Shown: positions 9,899 to 18,878 of the stretch, piece by piece | Layout: each line of letters starts with the position of its first letter | How positions within the stretch are numbered: position 1 is the stretch's first letter | Assembly (NCBI GenBank): GCA_023410535.1 | Contig: JAEYPR010000021.1 | Location: 42,368-106,367 of the forward strand | Direction of reading: 5' to 3' | Source: Bacillota bacterium | Lineage (GTDB): Bacteria; Bacillota; UBA4882; UBA8346 | DNA length: 64,000 bases | Made by a program: the position numbers and the translations under genes | The notes under the pieces: generated by a model | Database searches by the model: none | Seen by the model: the letters and a program-made list of their open reading frames with translations, nothing else | What the model was told of the DNA's origin: nothing

Positions 9899-10057
9899 TG
9901 TGGATAAGTTTAGCAGGAAATCGGTCAAATGGCGTGATGTAGGGAAAGGGTTTTACACAGGATAGGTTGTGGATAACTTGTGGATATTGTGGATATGTCC
10001 CTAAAATGAGTAAAATCAAGGGTTGAATTGTGGATAACTTGTGGATATTGTGGAAAA
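9899..10057. promoter_or_regulatory. Cluster of seven DnaA boxes (all read TGTGGATAA-like on +, i.e. TTATCCACA on -)
   Basis: TGTGGATAA at 9899, 9968 and 10029. TGTGGATAT at 9979, 9988 and 10040. TGTGGAAAA at 10049. A 30-bp triple-box unit is duplicated 61 bp apart (9967..9996 and 10028..10057). Confidence 0.8.
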
Positions 10058-10124
10058 CTCAGAATTCATCGGGCGTAAGCTATAAAAAACCAGCTAAACT
10101 GGAGTTTTTACGAGGCGGTACCGC

Positions 10125-11744
10125 ATGAAGGAAACATTGGATTTTGTCAAAGCTGATGTTGAAGTTCAAGTGCCACCGGAAATTTGGGAACGCGGCAGCA
10201 ACTATTTGGCAGCCGGCCATTTGCTTTGTAAATACCGGATTGACAACGTTTTGGCCGGTTTGGTCGCGGGAACCGCCGCCAATTATCAGGTCCAATTGCG
10301 TTGGGATGGCGAACTGCGAGGGTCCTGCAGTTGTCCACAGGGTCGATTCTGCAAACACATGGTGGCTTTAGCCTTGGCTTGGATCGAGGATCGCACGCAA
10401 TTCACCGATCTGCGTCCGGAACTGGATTGTCTATTGGCCGATCCGGAGCAGTTGGGGGTATTGATCGGTCGTTTGGCCCATGATGAGCCGTTGTTTTTTG
10501 CCAAATTATTCACAACCAGCACTAACCACCGGGTATTTGTGGCAAACCGGAGTCTGCTCAATTTGGTCCGGAACATCTTCAGTTATCCACAGTTCGCTAT
10601 GGCGCAAATTCGGGCCACAGTCGCTAAAATTGAAAATGTCAAGAGTTCTATTGCCGCGCAATTAGCGAACGGCGATATATTGGCGTTTGAGGCCTATTTG
10701 GAACTCCTAGCGGGAGTGGCACAAACCCTAAAGACCGCTCCCTCCCCCGCTTTGGGCGGACTGCTCGCCGGAATCCTGGGCTTAGCCGTAGACCTACCGA
10801 AGGTATTGCCGGGTGAGCAATGGCAGCCGGTAATTAAACCGTTGCTAACCTGCTATTTTGAGCCCGCTTTATGGGAGTACCAATCGGAATTTAAAACGGG
10901 CTTGGAACAGTTCGCGCAATTGGCGCCGGAACGTTTTGCAACTGAACTCGAAAAGGTCGCGGCGGAGTTGGGCCCCGCGAATATAACGGCTTTGATCGCC
11001 GAGTACGAACTGCTGTCTACACTCGAAAGGCAAGGGCGTTTCCAAAATCGGCTTGTCGAATTGACGCGGGAGCTCGCCCAGTCGGAGACGGGACGATTTT
11101 GGTTAATTGACCGGTTAAGCGAAACCGATGTCGCGCAAGCATTCCAACTCGCCCGAAATGGACTGCGTCAAGCGACTGACTCTTGGTCGCGTCAGGGCTT
11201 TCAGGAACGCTTGCTCCGGCTCCACGAAACGCGAGCTGAAATGAAACAGGCGGCGTTGTTCAGTTTTCATATGTTTGAAACCAGCAAGGATTTTCACGAA
11301 TACCTTCGGTTAAAAAAATTGCTGCATGACTTCCCGGATGAGTATAATCAATACTTAAAACGGATTTATCAAATGTTGGATAACGATGAAGAGTTGCCGT
11401 TGTTGCTCCGAATTGCCGTTTGGGAGGGCGAAGGTTCGAAACTCGATGTGGCTTGGCCAAAAATAACCGCCCGTCCTGAACTGGCACGGCAGGTTGCTGT
11501 TTGGCTGGCTGATTCATTCCATGAAAATTTATTGGAATTTTACCCTAAAACAATTGTAACATTGCTTACGGTTAATGACAGGGCGCTTGATTGGTCGACT
11601 GTCACCCGGTTGCTTTTGATCGTTAAACGACGGTTACTTCAAGGGTCCGATCCGGAGCATTGGGATTTGTTCCGCCGTCAACTACTGGATAACAGTCGTG
11701 CAGAAAGTTTCCATCGGAAATTAGGGACATTATTATCTGGCTAA
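10125..11744 (+). CDS. SWIM zinc-finger domain protein, otherwise helical, function unknown
   Basis: CSCPQGRFCKHMVALALAW gives the CxCx(n)CxH SWIM signature near the N-terminus. The remaining ~450 aa are Leu/Ala/Glu-rich with no motif I recognise. Confidence 0.7.
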   Translation: MKETLDFVKADVEVQVPPEIWERGSNYLAAGHLLCKYRIDNVLAGLVAGTAANYQVQLRWDGELRGSCSCPQGRFCKHMVALALAWIEDRTQFTDLRPELDCLLADPEQLGVLIGRLAHDEPLFFAKLFTTSTNHRVFVANRSLLNLVRNIFSYPQFAMAQIRATVAKIENVKSSIAAQLANGDILAFEAYLELLAGVAQTLKTAPSPALGGLLAGILGLAVDLPKVLPGEQWQPVIKPLLTCYFEPALWEYQSEFKTGLEQFAQLAPERFATELEKVAAELGPANITALIAEYELLSTLERQGRFQNRLVELTRELAQSETGRFWLIDRLSETDVAQAFQLARNGLRQATDSWSRQGFQERLLRLHETRAEMKQAALFSFHMFETSKDFHEYLRLKKLLHDFPDEYNQYLKRIYQMLDNDEELPLLLRIAVWEGEGSKLDVAWPKITARPELARQVAVWLADSFHENLLEFYPKTIVTLLTVNDRALDWSTVTRLLLIVKRRLLQGSDPEHWDLFRRQLLDNSRAESFHRKLGTLLSG

Positions 11745-11957
11745 CGATGATGATGAGGAATTGAACAGCCGTTTGTTACCGGTTCGGAGCAACCGCAACT
11801 AATCCAGACAAGCACGATAATGGCGACTAGCCAAAAAAGGTGTTGGTCACCGAAACAACCCATGATTGCACCTTGCCTTTCTTAGCGCATTTTTCCTTGT
11901 AATTCTATGAAAAGTCAATTCGGCAGGGAACATGATTTCGGCACCAAGGGTACGGGA

Positions 11958-11986
11958 TTGACTTGCAATTTTGAAAAGGTTATAAT
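11958..11986 (+). promoter_or_regulatory. Sigma-A-type promoter of the T-box/Nudix/thrS transcript
   Basis: TTGACT (11958..11963), 17-bp spacer, TATAAT (11981..11986). Confidence 0.7.
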
Positions 11987-11994
11987 AAAGATTA

Positions 11995-12235
11995 TTCTAA
12001 TATTGTCTTGCGGATGAACAGGATAAACTGTTTTACGGCTTTCAGAGAGGGAAGGGTGCTGCGACTTTCCAGTACGAAGACGGTTTGACCACCTGGGACG
12101 CTCCAACGAAGGCGTAGGCATAAGTTGGCGTCGAAAACCACGTTATGGTTTTCCCAAGTGGGCTTTGTAGCCAATCAGGGTGGAACCGCGGTTAATCCCG
12201 TCCCTATTTTTTTAGGGACGGGAATTTTATTTTTT
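11995..12235 (+). promoter_or_regulatory. T-box riboswitch leader (probable Thr/ACC specifier) with intrinsic terminator
   Basis: Stem I elements AGAGAG and GGUGCUGCGA. S-turn-like AGUACGAA, followed by GACCACC (ACC then a purine). T-box sequence AATCAGGGTGGAACCGCGG at 12173..12191. Terminator CCCGTCCCT/AGGGACGGG plus T-run at 12197..12235. Confidence 0.8.
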
Positions 12236-12246
12236 GGAGTGTATCA

Positions 12247-12672
12247 ATGAGTGTCGAGGAGTACTGTGCTGGTGGTTTGGTCTTTTATAACCGGCGTTTG
12301 TTGATGATCCACCGCATCCGGGGCACTTGGATCTTCCCAAAAGGACATATTGATCCGGGAGAAACTCCGGAAGAAGCTGCGCTACGAGAGGTCAGGGAAG
12401 AATCGGGGATTCAAGCCCGGATCACGCGGAAGTTGTCGGAAACCTCCTATCGGTTCATTGAGAATGGCTTAACCCATCACAAGACAGTCCAGTGGTTTTT
12501 GATGGAAGCCTTATCGGATCAAGTTGTTTTAGAAACGGAGCTCTTTAACGACAGTGCTTGGATTAGCGAACCTGAAATTAACCGGTTGACTTATACCAAT
12601 GACCGCAGGATTGCGCTGCTGGCGTTTCAAGTTTTTGGGGAGGTGGGCGAGAGTGAAAGTAATATTTCCTGA
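12247..12672 (+). CDS. Nudix hydrolase
   Basis: Nudix box GHIDPGETPEEAALREVREESGI (GX5EX7REUXEEXGU). 141 aa. Confidence 0.85.
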   Translation: MSVEEYCAGGLVFYNRRLLMIHRIRGTWIFPKGHIDPGETPEEAALREVREESGIQARITRKLSETSYRFIENGLTHHKTVQWFLMEALSDQVVLETELFNDSAWISEPEINRLTYTNDRRIALLAFQVFGEVGESESNIS

Positions 12673-14560
12673 TCAAACAGTCCGGGAGTATCAGGACGGA
12701 ACAACTGCGCTGGAAATCGCCGAATCAATCGGCGCCCGGTTGGCGAAGGAAGTGATTGCCGCCCGGGTTAATGATGAATTGGTCGATCTAGCGCTACCAT
12801 TATCGGGCGATGTTCGGCTAACATTGATCAAGCCGGAGGATCCGGAAGCTTTAGCGATCATTCGTCATTCCGCGGCGCACATCATGGCTCAAGCCGTACG
12901 GCGGCTGTTCCCCAACGTTAAATTAGCCATCGGGCCGGCTATTGAGAATGGGTTCTATTATGATTTTGATCTGCCCGAATCGTTAAAACCGGAGGATTTG
13001 GAACGGATTGCGGCTGAAATGGCGAAAATTGTCGCTGAAAACTTCAAGTTTGAACGATTCGAAATGAGTAAAGCGGCAGCGTTGGATTTTTACCAATCCC
13101 AAGGTGAAAAGTACAAGTACGAGTTGGTGGAGGGATTGGAGGACGGAACCATCTCCTTTTATCAGCAGGGCGATTTTACGGATCTTTGCCGCGGGCCTCA
13201 TTTACCCAGCACGAACCGGTTAAAAGCCTTTAAGTTAATGTCGGTCGCCGGCGCCTACTGGCGGGGCGATTCATCCCGGGAGATGTTGCAACGAATCTAT
13301 GGCACCGCTTTCCCGAGCAAAGCGGCACTTGACGATCATCTTAAATTTTTGGAGGAAGCGGCCCGTCGCGATCATCGCAAAATCGGTAAGGATCTGGATC
13401 TCTTCTCCATCGACGACCAGATCGGGGGCGGTTTGGTATTGTGGCATCCCAAAGGGGCGCGGGTCCGTCATGAGATTGAACAGTTTTGGAAAGAAGAACA
13501 TTATAAAAACGGCTATGAAATTGTTTACACGCCTCACGTCGGGCGGGCTAATCTCTGGGAGACCAGCGGTCATCTGGGTTTTTATAATGAAAACATGTAC
13601 GCCCCGATGGACATCGAAGGACAGCCGTATTATGTAAAACCGATGAACTGTCCGTTCCATATCGCCATCTATAAAAGCCGGGGGCGTTCCTATCGCGATC
13701 TGCCCTTTCGCTGGGCGGAGTTGGGTACGGTTTACCGTTATGAACGCAGTGGTGTTTTACACGGGTTGTTGCGCGTCCGGGGCTTCACCCAAGATGACGC
13801 CCATATTATCTGCCGGCCGGACCAGATGCCGGAGGAGATTGATCGGGTATTAAATTTCTGTCTCTATATCATTCGCTCGTTCGGGTTTAATGACTTTAAG
13901 TTATATTTGGCGACCCAACCCCAAAAGTCGGTGGGCGACCCCGCCCGTTGGGAAGCGGCCACCGCTGCCCTAAAAGCGGCGATTGAGAAGGTCGGACTCC
14001 CCAGTGAAGTGGACGAAGGCGGCGGCGCTTTCTACGGCCCGAAAATCGACTTGAAGATTAAAGACGCTTTGGGCCGGGAATGGCAGTGTTCGACCATTCA
14101 ATTTGACTTCAATCTGCCGGAACGGTTTGATCTCACGTATAAAGGCAGCGACAGCGCTGACCATCAACCGTACATGATTCACCGGGCGTTATTGGGTTCG
14201 TTGGAACGGTTCTTCGGGGTCCTGCTAGAACATTATGAAGGCGCGTTCCCAACTTGGCTGGCCCCGCTTCAAGTAATGGTGCTGCCGGTTACCCCCGAAC
14301 ACCAGGAGTATGCGCGAACGGTGATGGAAGGATTGCGTCAACTGGCAATTCGTGCCGACCTCGATTCCCGGAACGAAAAAATCGGATATCGGATCCGGGA
14401 AACCCGAATGCAAAAGATTCCATATTGGCTGGTCGTTGGGGAACGAGAGGCCAAGGAACGGACGGTTGCAGTCAGTTCCCGCAAAGAGGGGGATTTGGGC
14501 AATATCAAGTTGGAAAGTTTTGCGGCGCATTTGCAACAAATGGTTCGCGAACATAAGTAG
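12653..14560 (+). CDS. thrS: Threonine--tRNA ligase
   Basis: VKVIFPDQT... TGS domain, HSAAHIMA editing-domain motif, class II core (FRWAELGTVYRYE, HGLLRVRGFTQDDAHI) and an anticodon-binding C-terminus. I prefer GTG at 12653 (RBS GGAGGTG 8 nt upstream) over the track start at 12599. It overlaps the Nudix gene by 20 nt. Confidence 0.95.
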   Translation: MKVIFPDQTVREYQDGTTALEIAESIGARLAKEVIAARVNDELVDLALPLSGDVRLTLIKPEDPEALAIIRHSAAHIMAQAVRRLFPNVKLAIGPAIENGFYYDFDLPESLKPEDLERIAAEMAKIVAENFKFERFEMSKAAALDFYQSQGEKYKYELVEGLEDGTISFYQQGDFTDLCRGPHLPSTNRLKAFKLMSVAGAYWRGDSSREMLQRIYGTAFPSKAALDDHLKFLEEAARRDHRKIGKDLDLFSIDDQIGGGLVLWHPKGARVRHEIEQFWKEEHYKNGYEIVYTPHVGRANLWETSGHLGFYNENMYAPMDIEGQPYYVKPMNCPFHIAIYKSRGRSYRDLPFRWAELGTVYRYERSGVLHGLLRVRGFTQDDAHIICRPDQMPEEIDRVLNFCLYIIRSFGFNDFKLYLATQPQKSVGDPARWEAATAALKAAIEKVGLPSEVDEGGGAFYGPKIDLKIKDALGREWQCSTIQFDFNLPERFDLTYKGSDSADHQPYMIHRALLGSLERFFGVLLEHYEGAFPTWLAPLQVMVLPVTPEHQEYARTVMEGLRQLAIRADLDSRNEKIGYRIRETRMQKIPYWLVVGEREAKERTVAVSSRKEGDLGNIKLESFAAHLQQMVREHK

Positions 14561-14610
14561 TTGGTTATATGTAATTTTGATGTTAACTTTTTGGCATTTT
14601 ATGCGATTTA

Positions 14611-14639
14611 TTGACATGGATAGCTGATTTTGGTATATT
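14611..14639 (+). promoter_or_regulatory. Sigma-A-type promoter with extended -10, upstream of the liv-type operon
   Basis: TTGACA (14611..14616), 17-bp spacer ending in TGG, TATATT (14634..14639). Confidence 0.6.
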
Positions 14640-14687
14640 ACTATTAATAAGTCCTATCATCGGACAATTAAAAGGGGGTTTTCGTTG

Positions 14688-15830
14688 ATGAAAAGTAAGA
14701 TCTTGCTATTAGCGGCGGTTTGCTTACTAATCGTCACCATGATGTTTACAGTGGCTCAAGGCGCTGGAAACACCATTAAGCTTGGAGCGATTCAACCGAT
14801 CAGTGGACAGGTTTCCGCTTACGGGACTCAGACCCGGGATGCCATTATGCTGGCTGTCGAAGAGATCAATGCCAAGGGCGGCGTTTTAGGTAAGAAGATT
14901 GAAATGGTTGTCGAAGATGATGAAGCTAGCCCTGATAAAGCCAAGAATGCCGCAATGAAACTGATCGCCAAAGATAAGGTTATCGGTATCGTCGGCGCAT
15001 TGACCAGCAAATGCTCTCTAGCAATCACCAAGTATTTACAAGCGAAGAAAGTGATCATGATCTCCCCGTCATCAACCAATGATACGGTTACCGATGCTGG
15101 AGATTATATCTTCAGAGCTTGTTACAACGACTCTTTCCAGGGTGAAGTCGTCGCCCAGTTCTCCAATCAAACCTTGAAAGCGAAGAGAGCGGCTATCCTT
15201 TATGACGTGACCAACGATTATTCCAAAGGGTTAACCACCAATTTCACCAACAAATTCAAAGCCCTTGGTGGTCAGGTCGTTGCTTCCGAATCCTACAGCA
15301 CTGGCGACAAAGATTTCAATGCTCAATTAACCAAGATCAAAGCTGCGAAACCCGATGTAATCTTTATTCCGGATTATTACAGCACTGTTTCACTTATTGC
15401 CAAACAAGTCCGGAGTCAAGGTTTGAACATTCCGATGGTAGGCGCCGATGGCTGGGATGAGATCACCAATAACGCCGGCGACGAAGTTTTGGATTGCTAT
15501 TACAGCAACCACTATTCACCGGATGCAAACGACCCGGACGTAAAGACCTTTGTTAAGAAGTATGAAGCGAAGTATAAAATTACCCCGAATGCATTAGCCG
15601 CGCTTGGTTACGACGCAACTTACATTTTAGTGGATGCGATCCAAAAAGCGAAATCAACCGATCCTGCGAAAATCAAAGCCGCAATGATGCAAACTAACAA
15701 AAAGTTTGTAACGGGTAAAATTAAATTCAACGCGAAACGGAACCCAGTTAAATCCGCTGTTATGTTGAAGATCGTTAAAGGGAAAGACGGAAAATTGGCA
15801 ACCCAATACGCTGAAACTGTTAACCCGTAA
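14688..15830 (+). CDS. livJ: Branched-chain amino-acid ABC transporter substrate-binding protein
   Basis: Signal peptide then IKLGAIQPISGQVSAYG...; periplasmic binding protein type 1 (LivJ/K/BraC-like). ATG at 14688, 10 nt after AAAGGGGG. Confidence 0.8.
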   Translation: MKSKILLLAAVCLLIVTMMFTVAQGAGNTIKLGAIQPISGQVSAYGTQTRDAIMLAVEEINAKGGVLGKKIEMVVEDDEASPDKAKNAAMKLIAKDKVIGIVGALTSKCSLAITKYLQAKKVIMISPSSTNDTVTDAGDYIFRACYNDSFQGEVVAQFSNQTLKAKRAAILYDVTNDYSKGLTTNFTNKFKALGGQVVASESYSTGDKDFNAQLTKIKAAKPDVIFIPDYYSTVSLIAKQVRSQGLNIPMVGADGWDEITNNAGDEVLDCYYSNHYSPDANDPDVKTFVKKYEAKYKITPNALAALGYDATYILVDAIQKAKSTDPAKIKAAMMQTNKKFVTGKIKFNAKRNPVKSAVMLKIVKGKDGKLATQYAETVNP

Positions 15831-15889
15831 GCTAACTAAATTAGTTCTATTAAAATGTATGTAACCTAATATATAATATAATAGTTAGG

Positions 15890-15924
15890 AAATAATGGGG
15901 GAATGCATCATTCTCCCATTATTT
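15890..15924 (+). other. Stem-loop after the binding-protein gene, within a 360-bp intra-operon gap
   Basis: AAATAATGGGGGA / TCTCCCATTATTT inverted repeat (1 mismatch) with a 9-nt loop and no clear U-tract. Confidence 0.45.
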
Positions 15925-16191
15925 ATGACAGGTCGGATTGCTACGAAAATGGTTCTTTGCTCCTTAAAGTGTTAACACCCCCGTTCGATTTTAAGTGGCG
16001 AGGATTAAGAATAGTGCGGTTTCGAAGTTTAACGGGAGACCAAAAATTATTCTTTACCACAAGCGGACTGGCTCCCGATAAGAGAATTAAAGTCATTCAC
16101 AACACCATTCAAGCTCGTATACAAGCAAAATAGAGTGAGATGAATCGACACACATTAACGTAAAATGTAGTTTTTAAAAAGAGGTGGGAAT

Positions 16192-17085
16192 ATGGGACTC
16201 TTTCAAGAGGTGTATCAACAGCTGATCAACGGTCTGGCATTGGGTAGTATTTATGCTCTGATCGCCTTGGGTTATACCATGGTTTATGGAATCGTCAAGT
16301 TAATCAATTTTGCCCATGGTGATATTTTGATGCTTGGAGCCTTTGCCAGTTTTTTCGTACTTGTCGCATCTTCAACTGTCCCGGTGTTTTATGTCTTATC
16401 CTTTCTCGTGGCGATGTTGGCGTGCGCCGCGATTGGCGTTGTCATGGAGAAGACTTGTTACAAACCGTTGCGGAATGCCCCGCGGATTAACGCATTGATT
16501 ACGGCGATCGGCGTCTCGATCTTTTTAGAGAATGGCGCCCGGGTTTTCCCGCCAATCGGCCCAAATCCGAAACAATTCCCGATTTTACCCGGGTTGAACG
16601 CGGAGTTTCTCGGGATTAGTGGTGTGAAGTGGCTGGTATTTTTCGTTGCAGTTGGATTGATGATCCTACTTAATTACATCGTTACTTATACCAAGGTTGG
16701 CAAAGCCATGCGGGCGGTCTCGTATGATCAAGGCGCGGCTTATCTCATGGGTATCAACGTCAATCGGATTATTTCATATACGTTCGCAATTGGATCAGCG
16801 TTGGCCGCGGCGGCAGGTATCCTTTTTGCCACCGCTTATCCTCAAGTTGAACCGTACATGGGAATTATGCCCGGCCTTAAGGCATTTGTGGCTGCGGTTC
16901 TCGGTGGCATTGGCAGTATTCCGGGGGCGATGATCGGCGGTTATATTATGGGTGTCGCTGAAACCCTTACCAAAGGGTTTATCTCGTCGCAATTGGCGGA
17001 TGCAATCGCTTTCGGTATTTTAATTGTCATTTTGGTGGTTAAACCATCGGGTATTCTCGGTAAAAATGTCAGCGAGAAGGTGTAG
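16192..17085 (+). CDS. livH: Branched-chain amino-acid ABC permease
   Basis: LINGLALGSIYALIALGYTMVYG... LivH/BraD family. 297 aa, multi-TM. Confidence 0.85.
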   Translation: MGLFQEVYQQLINGLALGSIYALIALGYTMVYGIVKLINFAHGDILMLGAFASFFVLVASSTVPVFYVLSFLVAMLACAAIGVVMEKTCYKPLRNAPRINALITAIGVSIFLENGARVFPPIGPNPKQFPILPGLNAEFLGISGVKWLVFFVAVGLMILLNYIVTYTKVGKAMRAVSYDQGAAYLMGINVNRIISYTFAIGSALAAAAGILFATAYPQVEPYMGIMPGLKAFVAAVLGGIGSIPGAMIGGYIMGVAETLTKGFISSQLADAIAFGILIVILVVKPSGILGKNVSEKV

Positions 17086-18081
17086 GTGATAACGATGGAA
17101 AACAGAGTAAAAAACAGCCTCATCTTGTTGGGGGTTTCCCTCCTTGCCCTTGTGGGGGTTGGGAGCTTAATTTATTTTGGAATCATTGATGAGTACACAG
17201 CCCAAATTTTGACAAATGCCGGTATCAACGTCATTATTGCGCTTAGTTTAAATTTGATCTCCGGTTTTACCGGGCAGTTGGCGTTAGGGCAAGCCGGATT
17301 TATGGCAATTGGCGCTTATACTACCGCAGTTTTAGTGATGCAGTTTCATGTGCCGATGGCCATTGCAATCGTAGCGGGTGGCATTGTTACCGCCTGTTTC
17401 GGTTTTCTGATCGGGTTCCCTACCTTGCGGTTGCGAGGCGATTATCTCGCCATTGTGACGTTGGGTTTTGGTGAAATTATTCGGGTAATCATGATCAACT
17501 TGGAAAAGTTAACCGGTGGGGCCGCTGGGTTAAAAGGAATTCCGCCGTTTTCCGAAGATATGTTATTAAGCCCGGTGATTTCGTTTTTATGGGTCTGCTT
17601 CTTTATGATTATTACGATTGCCGTAATCAGCAATTTAATCAAGTCTTCGCATGGCCGGGCGATTATTTCGATTCGTGAAGACGAGATCGCCTCCAACTCC
17701 ATGGGAATCGATGTGTTTTACTATAAGATGTACGCTTTCACCGTATCGGCGTTTTTTGCCGGGGTTGGCGGGGGATTATATGCTTTATTTTTCGGATATT
17801 TGAATCCGACAATGTTTAACTTCTTAAAGTCCGTTGATTTTCTGGTCATCGTGGTACTCGGCGGCATGGGAAGTATCACCGGAACAGTCATTACCGGTTT
17901 TATTCTCACCTATTTACAAGAATTTTTACGGGTGTTACAGGATTATCGGTTGGTTATCTATCCCTTAATTTTAATCTTCATGATGCTTTTCCGGCCGACT
18001 GGAATTATGGGAACACGCGAGATATCTTTTGTTCGGCTTTTTCAAAGGAAGAACCGGGTTAAAGGCGGTGTTGGACAATGA
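17086..18081 (+). CDS. livM: Branched-chain amino-acid ABC permease
   Basis: LSLNLISGFTGQLALGQAGFMAIGAYT... LivM/BraE family. ATG at 17095 is an alternative start. Confidence 0.85.
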   Translation: MITMENRVKNSLILLGVSLLALVGVGSLIYFGIIDEYTAQILTNAGINVIIALSLNLISGFTGQLALGQAGFMAIGAYTTAVLVMQFHVPMAIAIVAGGIVTACFGFLIGFPTLRLRGDYLAIVTLGFGEIIRVIMINLEKLTGGAAGLKGIPPFSEDMLLSPVISFLWVCFFMIITIAVISNLIKSSHGRAIISIREDEIASNSMGIDVFYYKMYAFTVSAFFAGVGGGLYALFFGYLNPTMFNFLKSVDFLVIVVLGGMGSITGTVITGFILTYLQEFLRVLQDYRLVIYPLILIFMMLFRPTGIMGTREISFVRLFQRKNRVKGGVGQ

Positions 18082-18878
18082 CTGTATTAAAAGCCAATAA
18101 CATCTCGATCAGTTTTGGTGGGTTACGGGCAGTTTCCAACTTTAATCTAGAGATAAACCAAGGGGAGCTCGTTGGATTAATCGGTCCGAATGGTGCGGGA
18201 AAGACCACCGTTTTTAATATGCTTACCGGAGTTTATCAACCGACCGAGGGTGAAATTTTCTTTTTTCCGGACCCCCAAAGCGGAAGTCCCGGGAAAAATA
18301 TTGTCGGGCTAAAGCCTTTTCAGGTAACGCAGTTGGGAATGGCCAGAACATTTCAGAACATTCGTCTGTTTAAAGACTTATCGGTTTTGGATAACGTTCG
18401 GATTGCTTTTCATTTTAACGTCCGCTACAAATCGTTACAGGCGATTTTACGGACTAATGCCTTTTATAAAGAAGAAGCGGTCAATGTCCGGAAGGCTTTG
18501 GATTTATTGGAGATCTTCAATATTCAAGATAAAAGCAATGAGTTGGCGAAGAACCTGCCTTACGGCGAACAACGTAAGCTAGAGATCGCCCGGGCCTTAG
18601 CGACGAATCCGAAGTTATTACTCTTAGACGAACCGGCGGCAGGAATGAACCCTCAGGAAACCCAGGACCTAATGAAACTGATTGAGTTTATCCGGAAAGA
18701 GTTCCATTTGACGATTTTACTGATTGAACATGATATGAATCTGGTCATGGGAATCTGTGAACGTCTGGCTGTATTGGACTATGGTCAGGTGATTGCTGAG
18801 GGCACTCCGGATGAGATCAGCAAGAATCCCACTGTTATCAAGGCTTATCTTGGAGAGGAGGTCGAGACCGGTGCTTGA
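18078..18878 (+). CDS. livG: Branched-chain amino-acid ABC ATP-binding protein
   Basis: Walker A GPNGAGKTT, LPYGEQRKLEIARAL, LLLLDEPAAGMNP, and the C-terminal LivG-type motif. Confidence 0.9.
   Translation: MTVLKANNISISFGGLRAVSNFNLEINQGELVGLIGPNGAGKTTVFNMLTGVYQPTEGEIFFFPDPQSGSPGKNIVGLKPFQVTQLGMARTFQNIRLFKDLSVLDNVRIAFHFNVRYKSLQAILRTNAFYKEEAVNVRKALDLLEIFNIQDKSNELAKNLPYGEQRKLEIARALATNPKLLLLDEPAAGMNPQETQDLMKLIEFIRKEFHLTILLIEHDMNLVMGICERLAVLDYGQVIAEGTPDEISKNPTVIKAYLGEEVETGA

Noticed and set aside
10084-10110. Terminator between the DnaA boxes and the SWIM gene (AAAAACCAGCTAAACTGGAGTTTTT)
   Set aside because: The core stem is only 4 bp and has a bulge, which is too weak to call. It would also leave the SWIM gene without room for a promoter.
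9896-10124. Chromosomal replication origin (oriC) at the DnaA-box cluster
   Set aside because: No dnaA, dnaN, rpmH or other origin-linked genes flank it. Genes on both sides run in the same (+) direction, so there is no strand switch. I see no AT-rich 13-mer/27-mer unwinding element next to the boxes. I treat it as a secondary DnaA-box cluster.
12599-12652. Track start of thrS at 12599
   Set aside because: The N-terminal extension is not ThrRS-like. GTG at 12653 has an ideal RBS and yields the canonical (M)KVIFPDG-type TGS-domain start.
15903-16133. 76-aa ORF in the livJ-livH gap
   Set aside because: No RBS, and the start lies inside the hairpin loop. The composition is unremarkable and I recognise no family. 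The 360-bp gap itself remains unexplained.
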